Of a stretch of 64,000 bases of DNA, positions 38,326-52,300 are shown in pieces. Where the stretch lies: the NCBI GenBank assembly GCA_976226885.1, contig OZ320322.1, positions 12,214,001 through 12,278,000 on the forward strand, in the 5' to 3' direction. This stretch comes from Iphione sp. A-MEVVRFRX5. Lineage: Eukaryota. Below the pieces are notes generated by a model, which was not told where the DNA came from, did no database searches, and was given only the letters and a program-made list of their open reading frames with translations. Each line of letters begins with the position of its first letter. The stretch's first letter is position 1. The position numbers were made by a program, and so were the translations under genes.

Positions 38326-38485
38326 GTTCATTTTTTTCCATGGAGCAGATCACACGATCGAGCATTTAGAGGGTCGATAGTCAGATCGGCTGTAGAACTA
38401 CCTACACTATGTGTAAGGTGATGTGAAAGTCTAACTTCTTGAAGGAAGAATCTATCTCAAGCCATGGCAGAACGAAAAAAACCAG
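38326..38485 (+). other. Candidate internal exon carrying a start codon (MAERKKP.., phase 1) of an unidentified plus-strand gene
   Basis: Acceptor tactttgttcacacag| at 38325, Kozak gccATGG at 38464 and donor CAG|gtaagg at 38485/6. No downstream exon was confirmed. Confidence 0.4.
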
Positions 38486-39859
38486 GTAAGGCTGTAGCAC
38501 ATGATACTGGCATGGACTTAGGTAGAGTATACGGTATATCACTTAGAAACAAGTACACCCACGAGAGCGTGTACTTTATACAGCTTTAGTCGTATACTTA
38601 AAGAAATGAATAATAATAGATAATAATGAAATAATAAGAAATAATGAGTGGAGTTCGATGGAAGAATATATCTCACGCCATATCAAAACAACATCAGAAA
38701 CAAATAAAAGCAAACTGTGCAGTTTTACAAGAGGGTGGCCTGGACTTGGTCAGGGCAGATTCAGTCAGCCTGCGCTTACTGAACGGGGATATGTTTCACC
38801 TGAACTCGTTTAGAAACAGAGATCCTTCAGGTATCGAACGCATCCCTGTTGGGCTACACGTGCAGGAAGCCACGTGATAGCAGATATGCCGCTAGTGTCC
38901 AGCTCAAAAATTACTCAAACAACAATGATTTATTGTTGAATTAGGGCCTGAGGACATCAGACAGAACAGCTGACGGATGCACTGAAACAACCAAGGTTTT
39001 AGCACTGGATTAGAGCCTCATCAAAGGGAACTCAGGCTATCCTCTCCCATTCACAATAGCAGTAATGAATTAGTTTGGGTTAGTGAAAGAACAAGAAGTC
39101 CCATTCAGAAATGGGATCTTCTGGAAATCAGGTATTAAATGATGATAATAATTATGTTGGTTGCAGCTCAGAGCATTAGGATATGAAGATCGTTTGGGTA
39201 TGCAGCGTGTGGAAAGCATGCTCTTACTGTATCACTCAGAAACGAGAACACCCACCAGAGCTCATACTTTATACAACTTAAATATAACTTAGGAAGTGAG
39301 TGATAAAAGATAATGATGAATTAACGAAAACGAGGAAGTGAGCTGGAAGGAAGTATGCCGAAATACGATCAAAGCAAAAGCAGATTACGAGGTTTTCCAC
39401 ATAGGCTGGCCTGAACCAAGGTAGAGCATATATCAGCTAGAACCAGATACGCCCGAGAGAAACCTCATACTTTATATGGCCTACCTGCGAGCCAGCACAT
39501 TGGGCTTCCTCCGCCTCCTCCACCAGAGCTGCCAGCTCACTTTGTCTTGTGAGAATGAAAGAGGAGAAGGAAGTAGGGGAGAGCAACGAAAGGCAAGTAC
39601 TTGCAAGCCGACACAGTGCCCATATCAAGTGGCAGCCCGTCCTAGTCTCTTGTCCCACCAATCAGGGCAGGTGATGGATGGCCTGTCGACGCCGAGCCGC
39701 CTTAGAGAGCCGCTTGATGAGTGGCTCACCACGGCCTCCTATTGCTCCGGACTCGTGGTGTGCTTTTCTTTCACCGCCGTTAGCCTCATTGTTGGGGGCT
39801 CGTGCGAATGTGTGTGAGTATGGACGTTTGTGTGTGAGTTTATGTGTCTCTGGGTTGGT

Positions 39860-40620
39860 GAGAGTGTGCTGGTATGGCTGTGAGCAAGCAAGTGTGTGCG
39901 TGTGGGTCTTTGTACATGTGTATGGCTGTGCGTGTGTTTGGGAGTATAGAGGTGTCGATTGGTGAGTGTGTGATTGTATGGCCGATGGCTGTAAGTAGGT
40001 GAGTGTATAGGTGTGGGTCCCAGTAAATGGGTGCATGTTTATGAGTGTATGGATGTGAGTGTACAGCTGTGAGTGAATGTGTGAGTGTATGTGTGAGTGT
40101 GAGTGTGAGTTAGTGAGTGTGTGATGGTATGGCTGTAAGCAAACAAGTGTGTGGGTGTGGGTCTTAGTACGTGTGTATGCGTGTGCGTGTGTTTGGGAGT
40201 ATAGAGGTGTCGATTGGTGAGTGTGTGATCGTATGGCTGATGGCTGTAAGTAGGTGAGTGTATAGGTGTGGGTCCCAGTAAATGGGTGCATGTTTATGAG
40301 TGTATGGATGTGAGTGTACAGCTGTGAGTGAATGTGTGAGTGTATGTGTGAGTGTGAGTTAGTGAGTGTGTGATGGTATGGCTGTAAGCAAGCAAGTGTG
40401 TGGGTGTGGGTCTTAGTACGTGTGTATGCGTGTGCGTGTGTTTGGGAGTATAGAGGTGTCGATTGGTGAGTGTGTGATCGTATGGCTGATGGCTGTAAGT
40501 AGGTGAGTGTGTTGGTGTGGGTCTCAGTAAATGGGTGCATGTTTATGAGTGTATGAGAGTGAGTGTACGAGTGTGAGTGATTGTGTTATACCTGTATGGC
40601 TGTGAGGGAATGTGTGAGTG
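39860..40620. repeat. ~250-bp TG-rich tandem repeat, about 3 copies
   Basis: The anchor GGGAGTATAGAGGTGTCGATTGG occurs at ~39940, ~40195 and ~40444. The unit is built from TG-rich microsatellite pieces. Confidence 0.93.
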
Positions 40621-40909
40621 TATGTAAGTTGTGATGTGTGTGTCTGCACGTGAATGGTTGACTTATAGATAGTCGTCTGTGCAGTATTCCGAAATCTCCA
40701 GCTAAATCAATCAACACAGGAGTATTTAATATTACAATCTGGTATTTTGGTCATGTTTCTGTATGTTCGGAACGTGTTGAAATAACTTGACTTTTCCGCA
40801 GAATTGTTTGCATGAGGTCTGTGTTCCTATGAAATGTGTACAGGTTATCTGTAAATATACTTCTGTGTAACACTGTCTTTTTTGTGTGTCTATGCATGAG
40901 GGGCTTATT

Positions 40910-40925
40910 ATTATTATTATCGTTA

Positions 40926-40961
<36 letters not shown>
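40910..40961. repeat. (ATT)n microsatellite
   Basis: Direct reading. Confidence 0.95.
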
Positions 40962-40962
<1 letters not shown>

Positions 40963-42151
40963 AATCCCTTCATTCCGAAAATATATTTCTAGACCCAAAC
41001 GTCACCATCTTCTTGTTCAGAAACTGTGTTAAAGGCATCTTATAAGGTTGGGAAAGATACCTACTTCCATCTGCTTCCACCGTGTTCTGGCATGTGAAAC
41101 GTGAGGTGTAAAATAAAAGAACATGTCACTTCCAGTGAAAGGCAAATTTGATTGTTTGGCTATAGATTTTATGTCAACGTTTTTTCTTCGATCTAGCCGG
41201 GAAATACTACAAAGAAATATTAGTATGAATCGTTTTCAAATCATTTACACCACAATATCTGCGTTTTACTTGTATATTTTCATTTGCAAGGATGTGTGGG
41301 TATGGTTCTGAGGAATGTGTAAGTGTATCGTTTACTGCCCCCATGTATGGAGTTCTTCACTCCACGTCCGCACCACAATACATTGACACCAGCTCTCAAT
41401 GCTACAAACAATCCATTCTATTCTATTCTGTACTCTGCCTGCCATCTCTTACATGTATTTAGCTTATTGACTTCCCGAGTCGATTAATTTCACAGAGTCT
41501 GTATCCCGCTGTCTATGTGTCCGTTCCTGTTAACAATCGTTAACAGTTGAGCACTCCGGCACTGTTACACGTGTTTCACATTTTTTTCTCTCTGGTTCTC
41601 CTTGGGACTCAGACTAGGCGATGGATAGCGAATGTCGAACAGACACTACAGACGTCTGCGCATGCGCCGGTCTATTCTTAGATTATGCATGCCACCTTAT
41701 CAGCGGATCTCCCGTAACACTGCAGACTAATAGATTGGATTTGTGGTCGAGTAGTTCCGCTAATGGAGGAAGGCTGAGAGAGAAGTCCGTATTCTGAGAT
41801 GTGTTTTAGGGTTTAGTTGGAAGGGTTATACGTAAGATTTGTCTTATGTCACTAAATGGATGACGTTGGGTTTTGGTGAATGAGATGATGATTGCAGCTT
41901 AGAATACCTCAGTTCATGCGTGGGAAGGAATACCCGTAATTTCCTGAACTATATTTGGCACAATGGCCCGAAAATGTTCTCTCGGGGGCACCATGATGCA
42001 GTGATATTTGTGGTTGTTTATCGACTTGGAGAACCAAACACTCTTGACTGATTTGGCACATGCGCAGTCGGTAGGAGGGGGTAAACTTCTCAGCCTGTGA
42101 TAACGCAACCCTCATAGCCTTACTCTGTATACTTTGTCAAACTTGTATTTG

Positions 42152-42331
42152 CAGTAGAAAAAACCACCCTAGGGACACGTCTCTAATAAGGACAAGTCTC
42201 TGTTAGGGACACTTTGGGGTAGAACAGATTCTATTTTGTCCAAAATAGACAAAGTCTCTTATAGGCACACATCTGAATTAGGGACAGTTTGGGGAGAAAC
42301 CAAGGGTGTCCTGATTAGAGAGTTTCTACTG
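42152..42331. mobile_element. Tc1/pogo(Tigger)-type MITE, ~180 bp
   Basis: Left CAGTAGAAAAAACCACCCTAGGGACAC versus right reverse complement CAGTAGAAACTCTCTAATCAGGACAC. TA follows the right end. Repeated internal GGACA(C/A/G) motifs. Confidence 0.6.
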
Positions 42332-42424
42332 TATAAGTAATTGATAAAATCTGCATTTACCAAAAGCTATTCTTACTAAAAGCATGTCTCTTGCACACCA
42401 TGGAATCTTACATAGATTGGTATC

Positions 42425-43228
42425 TTATAAGGCATGGGATCTTATACAGCATGGTTTTCTTATACAGCATGGTTTTCTTATACAGCATGGGGTCCTTTAC
42501 AGCATGGGGTCTTATACAGCATGGTTCCTACTACAGCATGGATCTTATACAGCATGGGGTCTTATACAGCATGGGGTCTTATACAGTATGGGGTCTTATA
42601 CAGCATAGTTCCTACTACAGCATGGATCTTATACAGCATAGGGTATTATACAGTATGGGGTCTTATACAGCATGGGGTCTTATACAGCATGGGGTCTTAT
42701 ACAGCATGGTTTTCTTATACAGCATGGTTTTCTTATACAGCATGGGGCCTTATACAGTATGGGGTCTTATACAGTATGGGGTCTTATACAGCATGGTTCC
42801 TACTACAGCATGGATCTTATACAGCATGGGGTCTTATACAGTATGGGGTCTTATACAGCATGGTTTTCTTATACAGCATGGGATTATATACAGCATGGGG
42901 TCTTATACAGTATGGTTCCTAATACAGCATGGTTCCTACTACAGCATGGATCTTATACAGCATGGGGTCTTATACAGCATGGGATCTTATACTGCATGGG
43001 GTCTTATACAGCATGGGGTCTTATACAGCATGGGGTCTTATACAGCATGGTTTTCTTATACAGCATGGGGTCTTATACAGTATGGGGTCTTATACAGTAT
43101 TGGGTCTTATACAGTATGGTTCCTAGTACAGCATGGATCTTATACAGCATGGGGTCTTATACAGCATGGGATTTTATACAGCATGGTTTTGTTATACAGC
43201 ATGTGGTCTTATACAGTATGGAGTTATA
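42425..43228. repeat. 16-18-bp variant-unit minisatellite (TACAGCATGG + variable tail), roughly 45-50 units
   Basis: Constant TACAG(C/T)ATGG followed by GGTCTTA, TTTTCTTA, TTCCTAC or ATCTTA. Confidence 0.97.
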
Positions 43229-43579
43229 TCCAACTCATATGAATAAAAGATGATAAACAATGTGACGTCACGAACTGCAGTGGAAACTCATCATGCTTTC
43301 CTTTATACAAGAATTAATAGTCAGGAATATGAACAAAAATGTGAATTCCCTTTGTTAGAGAGGTCTTTATGAGTTCCTTATTGAAGACGGTAAAGTGTTT
43401 TTGGCACGAGTTCTGAAATATTAGGGTACACGTGGCATCCTCTGACACGCAGGCAGGCTTTAGGAGCAAGGAAAACCCCATTGCCAAGATCAATAGTCAT
43501 TCAGTGTCGCCATCCCCCGATTAAATCACACACCACCGCCATTTGAAACATTTTACCCTGATTGATAAGAACTTATTCC

Positions 43580-44200
43580 GTGCCGATGGTGGTGTTGGGT
43601 ACTGGTGGATGGTGATTGTGAATAGAACGTTGTAGTGATGATTGTGGAGAATAGTGGTGGTAGTGGGAAGTGATGTTGGTGGCTAGTGGTGACTGGTAGT
43701 GGGATGGTGTGTGATAGGTGTTTCTGGTTGGTATAAGGGCTACAGTTATGGTGGTAGGGTATGGTGGTAGGCGGTGCTACAGGGCATAAGTGGCGGTGTT
43801 GGAGATTATGATGGTAAGTGATGGTGGTGATGGTAGGTTGTGGTCGTCAGTGCTGGTCGTTGTCTGTTGTGGTGGTGGGTAATGGTGGTTGGTGGTAGAG
43901 CTGGTAAGTGGAGCTATTGGGGGCTATGAAGGTAGGTGGTGGTAGTAGGTGGTTGTGGTTGGTAGGAGTTGCAGTGGTGGTGATGGTTATGGTGATAGGT
44001 GGCAGTATAGCAAGTAAGTGCGGATGTTGGATATTAAGATGGTAGGTGATGGTGGTGATCGTAGGTTGTGGTCGTCAGTGCTGGTTGTTGTCTGTTGTGG
44101 TGGTGGGTAATGGTCGTTGGTGATGGCGGCTGGTGGTGGTAGGTGTTGGTGTGTGGTGGTTGGTGGTGGTGATGCGGTGATTTGACAGGTGTTGGTTTAA
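43580..44200. repeat. (TGG)-rich low-complexity region containing an ~85-bp direct duplication
   Basis: GATGGTA.GTGATGGTGGTGAT.GTAGGTTGTGGTCGTCAGTGCTGGT.GTTGTCTGTTGTGGTGGTGGGTAATGGT occurs at ~43810 and ~44038. Confidence 0.85.
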
Positions 44201-44599
44201 CAAACGATTCACAACCAGACCGTACCCAGATGTCCATTAACTTTCTTCTGCTGTGATTGTTATGTGAACTGCTCCGCCAGCAATCTGCGCATGCGCAGCA
44301 ACAGTAAGAGCAGCAGCAGCTGTCAAAACGTCCCCAATCACTCAATCCTGTGCTTATCGTTTCAATTTCACGTGAACACAAGAACAAAAAATTGGCACTT
44401 TCTCCGCAAGATTCTTGTAGAGAAGAGGCAAGAAAATTGGAGTCTGGATGGGACAAATAGTATGGATGATGTTTATGACGGTGGTTGTTGTTATTACAGC
44501 CAGGGTATGAATATGGGAAGTGGTGGTGACGGTGAGGGTAGGCTGCTGAGGTAACGGAGGAGGTCGATAGCATATGGTGTTAAAACATCTCAATGACAA

Positions 44600-44880
44600 T
44601 CATAATGGTTATTGATAGTGATAACTCTATAGGTACCTGGAGGTAAGCCTCCAGTGGGAGTTGACTGTTGTGTCAATGACAGTAATGCTGACTAGTAATG
44701 ATAAGTTCTGTCGGGGCTCTGACTGGGTGTCCTAATATATACTGATAAGCATATAGGTACCTGGAGGTGAGCCTATAGTGATAGTTGACAGCTGTGACAG
44801 TGACAGTAATAGTGGGGTGTGACTGTGTGTCATAATGACTACTGATAGCGATAACTATAGGGTTCCCAGAGGTGAGGGTT
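44600..44880. repeat. Diverged ~105-125-bp tandem repeat, 3 copies
   Basis: An ATAGGTACCTGGAGGT-like anchor occurs at 44629, 44753 and 44857, each preceded by TGATA(G/A). Confidence 0.7.
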
Positions 44881-46194
44881 AGAAGTTATGTGTGTCATCA
44901 TACGGTGATACTTGCAGTAGACAGTAGACAGGATGCTAATGTTGAAGGATGGTGCACGGATACCTAAGACGTGCTATGGTAGCCCCTATATATTAACAGG
45001 AATCATTCCCGTTCTCTACACATACCATAGTTATTTCATGGTTCACACTCAACACGACTCAATGTTGTTATCCCTGTCCATACGTGACATCCACCGTTTC
45101 CTGTATGTTACTGCGTGTTGTTAACCCTGTCATGTCGTATCTTCTATTTTTTTTACACATTAAATAGAGGCACCCATTATGGACATGGAAAATGTGTGTG
45201 TGTTTGGGGGGGGTCTTGCTTACAGGTGTACAAGCGAGACAGAGAATGTGCCCACGGCAAGGGTCCCAACCAATGGACGATGTGACCAACATACTGCTAT
45301 AACCAACTCACACCTAAACTAACTCGTACACGAACCAACTGAAACCATTATCGTTTCATAACATAATGAACTTGCATCTTCATTAACTGAAATATACATC
45401 TCCCATGCTGGCAGATGCAGCCTTTACCAGTGCACTGAACCCTGTCCCCGCTGTCCCCTCGTTACGTGACACTGACCGTCACAACTACCTCCCTACTTTC
45501 ATTAATCCCTGTCTTTTCCACTCTGCACCAAGAACATACACAGACACAGTCATACATTCACACAGACAGACATGCGTACCTCAGACTCGTCCTATAAACT
45601 GTGTACAATGGAGAAATCCTATATACTGGCAAGACAGCGGTGAAAATGTCAGTAGGTTTGAGAAGACATAGCTAGATTAAGTAGCCGCCGGATAGTTTGA
45701 GGCAGCCAGTGGAAAAGGTAGGTACATACATGAAGAAGAGGCGTATTGATAGCGGTTTGAGTCGGTGATGATGGTGGCGGAGACTTGTTACAAAACCTAG
45801 ACAAGCAACAAAATACCCGCTTCACACCACAGCCGACTCGCACCTTGACAAACGCACGCTGTGGTCAACTCAATGCTATAACCAACTCACACAATAACTA
45901 ACTCAAACCATAATTTATTCACAACATAAACAACTTGCGCCTTCATGAACTTAGTACCAAATGGAGACGTAGCTAACTGAGATCATAAGCGGGTCATAAC
46001 AAACTCACACGATACTTTGCTTGCTCCACAAACGGCTCGTTCCTGTTCAAATGCTCTCCAATCATAGATTATGTGTGCCAATTAAAGAAAATATCACAGA
46101 AAAATGTACGAATGTCAAATGTGTGCACATAAAGACTGAGGCAAAAGCAAGATTTTGGAAAGGTCTGAAAGTGTGAAAGGTATTACAACAAGCT

Positions 46195-46470
46195 AGCTAT
46201 TCTACGGGTTGTCCAGGAACTGTGTTTGATGATAGATGGAGATGCTATTAACACTTTTCTCTTTGTTTTGTTTAAACGTCAGCCAGTTGTCAAAGGAGTG
46301 AGTTTTACTATGAGTTGTCTGGGAACCGTGTGTTATTACGGATGGAGATTCTGGTAACAGTTGCATGTTTGATTTGTCTAAAGTATAAGCCGGTTATAGA
46401 AGGAGTGTGTTTCCCTACGACCTGTCTGGGAACTGAGTGTTATGATGAATGGCGTTTGTAGTAACAGGTG
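46195..46470. repeat. Diverged ~106-bp tandem repeat, 3 copies
   Basis: The anchor TGTC(C/T)(A/G)GGAAC occurs at 46210, 46316 and 46423, with similar flanks. Confidence 0.7.
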
Positions 46471-49385
46471 GTAAATAATTTTGTGACTATCGGAAACTCT
46501 TTGCACCCTGCGTATGGTTAACGATGAGACGGTATCCGCTGGGATAGGTTACTACAGTGAACCTTTCCTTCCTTATGCTCTGAGAAGGGCCTTCCAGGTC
46601 AAAAGAAGAAGCTTGTTTCTGTGCGTTGACTCTCATCATATTGTTGGTGCCGAGGTGAATTTTCGATCGACAATATCTCAAAGAACACCGAGTGATTTAT
46701 TCTAATCAGGTCCCTAACTTTCCTCTTAACTGAATTTAACTAACTGTTGTTGTCATCTGCATTACAACCCTTCATGGACGAGAGTGATATCCACGAAGAA
46801 ATACGGAAAATACGCTTTATAATAGAAATTTTTATATTAATTGTCCGTGTTCTTATACAGAAAGGTCTTCTCACTCTGGACACTGAGACCCACAAGAACA
46901 CTCAGGTGATACAAGATGGTGCGACATATCAGTAGCATTTCTAGATGGCGTTATGTGCACACAGAACATTCTTCTCCTAATTTGATTGATATAGTAAGTC
47001 AAAGTTGCGATACAGAATAGCTGCAGTAAGTCTAGGTAAGGAATGATTGTGATAGATAGTCAAAACCACACGTTATTACTGTAAGGAATGAAGCCTCAAT
47101 ACTCGGTGGTACTGACTGTAGGAGGCCCAGTCCATAGGTTGGTCCCGAGCGTTCGCTTTGGGAATGACTGAGTCCCCTTACAGGATGGTCGTTTGCTTTT
47201 GGTCAGAGTAGTAAGGGTGGAAATTACCCTTGGACATTCCTGCTTCCTGCAACCATATATCTATACATTTCTTACTGCTTGTTGTGAGGCCTGGCAGGTC
47301 ATGGGATTTCTAAAGTAATGTATGGAGGTTACAGTACTGAGCAGTAGATGTATGTGATCGTAATGGGAAGTAGTAGAGGTGATTGTCAGAGTGAATGGAG
47401 CTCCAAACCATTACAGGTTCTAACCGTGTGTGAAGGTTCTGCTGGTAGTTGCTTAGTTTTATGGGGGAAAGTCCCTTTGTTAATTGATATTGATAGTGTG
47501 TGGAGGTTCTGTTGGTAGCAGATTATTACGGTGGGTGGGCATTATACTAGAAGATGACTCCGGCAGTGTGTGTGTGTTCTATTGGCAGATTATTGTGACA
47601 TTGGGCAGAAATTCTATTGGTAGGTGGTTGTGACGGGAGGTTAAAGCTCCATTGGTAAGTAGTTTTGACAGTGGACAGCGATTCTACTGGACAGTTAAGG
47701 CATTTGGTGGAGTTTCCATTTGTAGGATGTTGTGAAAATTGGTTAAATTTCATTTGGAAGGTGATTTTGACAGGTTATGAAGGTTCTATGTATTTGTGCT
47801 TCTGTAATGCAATATTTAGGCTTGTGACAGTGACATGTTTGGAAGGGTAGAGATAATACTGTAAGGTGTCTTAGTCTAGCAGAGAACTGACAGTAAGTAG
47901 ATTTTAACAAATCACAAAATAAAGAATCTGGTTCTCTCCAAATACACAAAAATAATTGGGCATGGGTGATTTCTCTCAAAAGTGCAAAGAGAAAGCATCT
48001 GTTCATTCAGAAAACACACTTATATCCTCCATGGTTACATAACAGTTGATAAAATAGACACACTGTCTAGACATATGTCTGGACTGGAGGAGACTGTATA
48101 ATCATTACATAATGGGTGCCAAATTTAGCTTCAAACTCTTATCTAGTGATAGACTTATATGTCACAGTTACTTAACTATGCAATCCCTTCTACATCATAC
48201 GTTCCTTCTAAGATCTGAAACAGACTAGAGTTTCATAACTGATAATAAAAACCTGTCGCTTGTATGAATATTTCTCAGTTTACATCGAAACCAAGATAAC
48301 CCCATCCCTTCCCATCTCCTTATTGACTCACTTTAATGACGTTCCTTAAATAGTTCACATTCTGCCCACCATCACCACTGATGACGTCGGCTTTAAAGGC
48401 CATTGATTAAAGACGTGGCGGGAAAAAGGGAATCTGACACCTAACGACTATTGACAGAACCCCGTCCGCCGCCCCCCGCGCGCTTTCTTCACACACAGCC
48501 CCCTGGCGGGGATCCTGTCAAATGTCAGTTTGAGCATCGCCTCAACTTTAACGACCGAGAGTGTCTGATAGGTCGCCTGGGGTGGGGGGAGCTGCTTGGT
48601 AGGACCCACCGTGTGTATTCGACAGGGTAGATAGTTGGTAGTTGGAGTCGTAGTTGAGATTTTGCAAGTCCCTGATCGCTGTCTTCTACACCTGGGTCAA
48701 CTCGAATAGCAAAACACAGGTTTTCATGGTGGGAAGAAGTGGGACTGGTAAGGGGGAACTTGCTCATGCCTTTGATTTGTTATAGATATAATTCCACTAC
48801 ACAAAGAATGTATGCAAGGACTAGGAATCAGCCTCTTACCACGGCCGAGCGGACTTGTGCACGTCATGCCTTCACATATGTATCACGAAAAACCGTGTGT
48901 AACAAAGAATTGTAAATAAACACATTTGAATTTGAATCAGTTTCATAGGTGTTGACATGGACGCTTGTACACAGGTGATAGGTGAGGAACGTAGGTTGTA
49001 AGTATATAGATACGTATAAATACGTTTTATGTTAGTGGATCTCAGATAAACATTTGTTGTGAATGAAGCGGGGGGAGGTGCATACCTCAGCGGTAGAAGG
49101 TGATCGGTCATTAAAGTTGGTTTGATCTATTTAGAGACGTATAAACATTACATCTTACAAGTTTGTATAGTAAATCAAGTTGGTTTGAATTATCTGGGAA
49201 AGAATACACAAAACTTTGTATCTTTACAGGTGAAGGGTAATTTGTGTGGGTACGCATTGAAGGTTGTTGAATGGCTAGGACACGGGGACCTTACTTCTGG
49301 GGAGGGACATTAATGGTTTCCAGCACATAATTCACCATTTAAATGGTGTTCCTGGTTCTGAGGGGTACACCAACTATATATATAT

Positions 49386-52300
49386 GTGACCCGTTCCAGC
49401 GAAATGAGTCGGAAGTCGCAGGGACTAAAACCGAGATATGGGCCTCCAAAGGTGGATGTCGGTCAAAATATCGTAAATGGGGTTTTTATTTTTTTCATAT
49501 CTATCATGTCTCAAGTTTATTCTGTGAAAAAATTAGACTCCCACGATGACTATAATTGCCTGCAATATGGCTCTGAAGGTAGTAACTGCTTGAATGCACA
49601 CAGACAAAAGAACCCTCGCTCGGAGCTATTTTTTCCAAACTTCAGCAGCTTGCTTTTGGGTCCTCCCATCATCTTAGGCCCACTTCCCGGGTACCTGCTG
49701 AAAGCGTGCGAATTTCCCTAGCCAATGACACCTTCAGATCTTGAAAGTGCATTCTTTCTGACCAATGACGAGCCGTTTTAAAGGGAGACGTCATGTAAAC
49801 AATCGTTGCCATAGGGGTCACGTGTGGTGAATGCCATGCGCCGATTGGTCGAAAGCCTCCCGCGTGCGCGTGTTTGGGTCAGTTTAAATGTCTGGCTTCG
49901 CAGTGAGCAGACGTGGGTCGCTGCTCTAGCTGTGGATAATAATTAATAGAGATGGGAATAACGTAGCATTTGGATGCAGAAGTGTCTGCCAACAACCAGG
50001 GATGGCCACGGATCGGGCTCAAGCCTTGGCAGATGCTTTAAACAACATCAGTCAGGCCAATTTACATGGCGTGGCTGCAGAGGCACAATGGCGGAATCTC
50101 GTGGATGAGTACTTTCTCTATGAGGAGGAGGTGGAGGAGGGCCTGGCTGATGAGGAGGAGGTGGAGGAGATAGAAGAACAATCGGAGGAAGAGGAGGAAC
50201 CCTCAGGAGAGGTTGAGGATTCACTGGTAGTCACAGATCCTACTGAGGAGATCCTGAAAGATGAGTGGGCACGCTGTGAAAACTTCAGGTAAGTTCTCTT
50301 AATCTGCCATAACAGTGATGTGCAGTTGCACTGAACAATCGAAGACCAAACTATTAGAAAATTGTCCCTATAGTTACAAATCCCTTTACAGATTCTTAAG
50401 TATCTGGTGAACATGTTAGAATAGAATCTTGTGAACTGGTTAGAATAGGTTTTTGTATTTAGGGCCATTTTAGAATTTTTTAAACTATGAGAAACTGAAC
50501 ATAATTATGAACATTTTCTGTAGGTGTTTAGACTATTGTATTTAGGGCCATTGTAATTTTTTTTTTGAACTGGGAAACTGACCATGTGAAAATTGCCTGC
50601 AGGTGCTCTTGTAAACACTACAATGACGACAACTGCAGCAAACAGTTCACGGCAACCGAGTTGGCAGACAGACGGCAGGAGGTTTTCCAGCTGTCTTCAG
50701 GTACTTATTGTTTCCTGAACTTGTCCAACCTGTTGAGATTGTAATTATGTAACCATTCTGCATTTCTTCTTTAAGATGTGTAACTGGAAAGATCACTTCA
50801 ATTTGACGTGTGCCAAAATCATTAGTATTATTGACTTGTCAGTGTAACCCTTGCCAGAAAAAACCAATATTATGTCAATCCTATCCATCTTGATGAGACG
50901 TCATGTATACCTGTCTCTTTTAGGAGAAAAAGACATGCTTCTGCAAGGCATAATAAGTACAGTGACAGACATAAGTGCCATGACCTCAACATGGAAGAAG
51001 GGGGAAAAGGGGAATGTATTTATAGTGCTAAAAGTATGAGTCAATAGATAAGTATATCAGAGGAGTCATGGAGTATGTAACCACCCACCAATTAAACATG
51101 ACAACCAACATGCACTTGTATTTATGGTCTACTCTCTTGGTTAGATATTAAGGGTGTTTCACTTTGCCTTCCAGCATCAGCCAAAACAAACTGACCAGCA
51201 TTATTCAATGGTATAAGGACAGCGGCGTTGTCCCCCGTGTCAAGAGGGCTGGTGGGAGACAGTCCAAAACCAAGATCCTCCACCTCACCGATATCCAGAG
51301 AGTCGCAGGGTTCCTCACCTCGTATGCTGAGACCAACGCCCTTGTCCTGCCTGGCCGTGTAGCTACCCACAAGCACGATGATATTCTCCTCCTCCCCTCA
51401 TCTGCCACTAAGGCAGACATCTACAAACTGTATCGTCAAGCTATGGAGGAGTCTGAGTACAGGTGTGTAGCAGACTCCATATTCCGGAATTTGTGGCTAC
51501 AACTTCTTCCCCGTATAGTTTGTTCCCACCCAAAAACTGACCTATGTTGGGAATGTCAGCGTAACTACAGGGATATTTCCTCATCTAGTAATCTCCCCGA
51601 GGTAGTCAAGGCAGCAAAACTTAAGAAGCAGCAGAAACATCTGGAGGTTGTAACTGCGGAAAGGACATTTTATCAGAATATGGTGAAGAATGCCAAGGCT
51701 GCCTACCGGGAAGCCAATGCCCCAGTCCTTGGTCCACACCCACCTTGTTCCGTAGACATAGCTACTCATATCAGTTTTGATTATGCCCAGCAGGTCCACC
51801 TCCCCTCCTCCCCATGCAGCCTGGGCCTCTTTATTTTCTAGTCCCACGGAAGGTTGGTATCTTCGGGGTGTGCAATGAGGCTATACCCAAGCAGGTCAAC
51901 TATCTTATAGATGAGGGACACTGTGGGAGCAAGGGGTCGAATGCTGTAATCTCATATTTGCACCACTATTTTGAGAAGTTTGATCTGGGTTCTTGCTCTG
52001 TGGATCTGCACTGCGACAACTGCAGTGGCCAGAACAAGAACAATTGGGTGCTAGCATATCTCATGTGGAGGGTCCTGACTGGTCGGCACCACACACTAAC
52101 TTTGAACTTTCTTATAACTGGCCACACGAAGTTTGCACCGGACTGGTGCTTCGGTTTACTGAAACAGAAGTTTCGGCGTGAGTCAGTATCTAGCTTATCC
52201 GATTTGTCTCAAACAGTACTGAAGAGTACCCATGATCAGGTCAATGTTCCCCAACTTGTTGGGGATGAGTCTGGGAATGTCTATGTCCCAACCTATGACT

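Noticed and set aside
39662-40540. 292-aa His/Thr-rich minus-strand ORF
   Set aside because: Translation of the TG-rich 250-bp tandem repeat.
42384-43253. Overlapping 160-280-aa ORFs (YSMGSYTAWGLIQHG..)
   Set aside because: Translations of the 16-18-bp minisatellite; the same peptide appears in all three frames.
44034-44573. 179-aa His/Thr/Cys-rich minus-strand ORF
   Set aside because: Derived from (TGG)n-rich low-complexity sequence.
48440-48767. Minus-strand frames reading DLQNLNYDSNYQLSTLSNTHGGSYQAAPPPQ..
   Set aside because: Protein-like, but the splice boundaries are ambiguous and no family was recognised; not supportable as a CDS.
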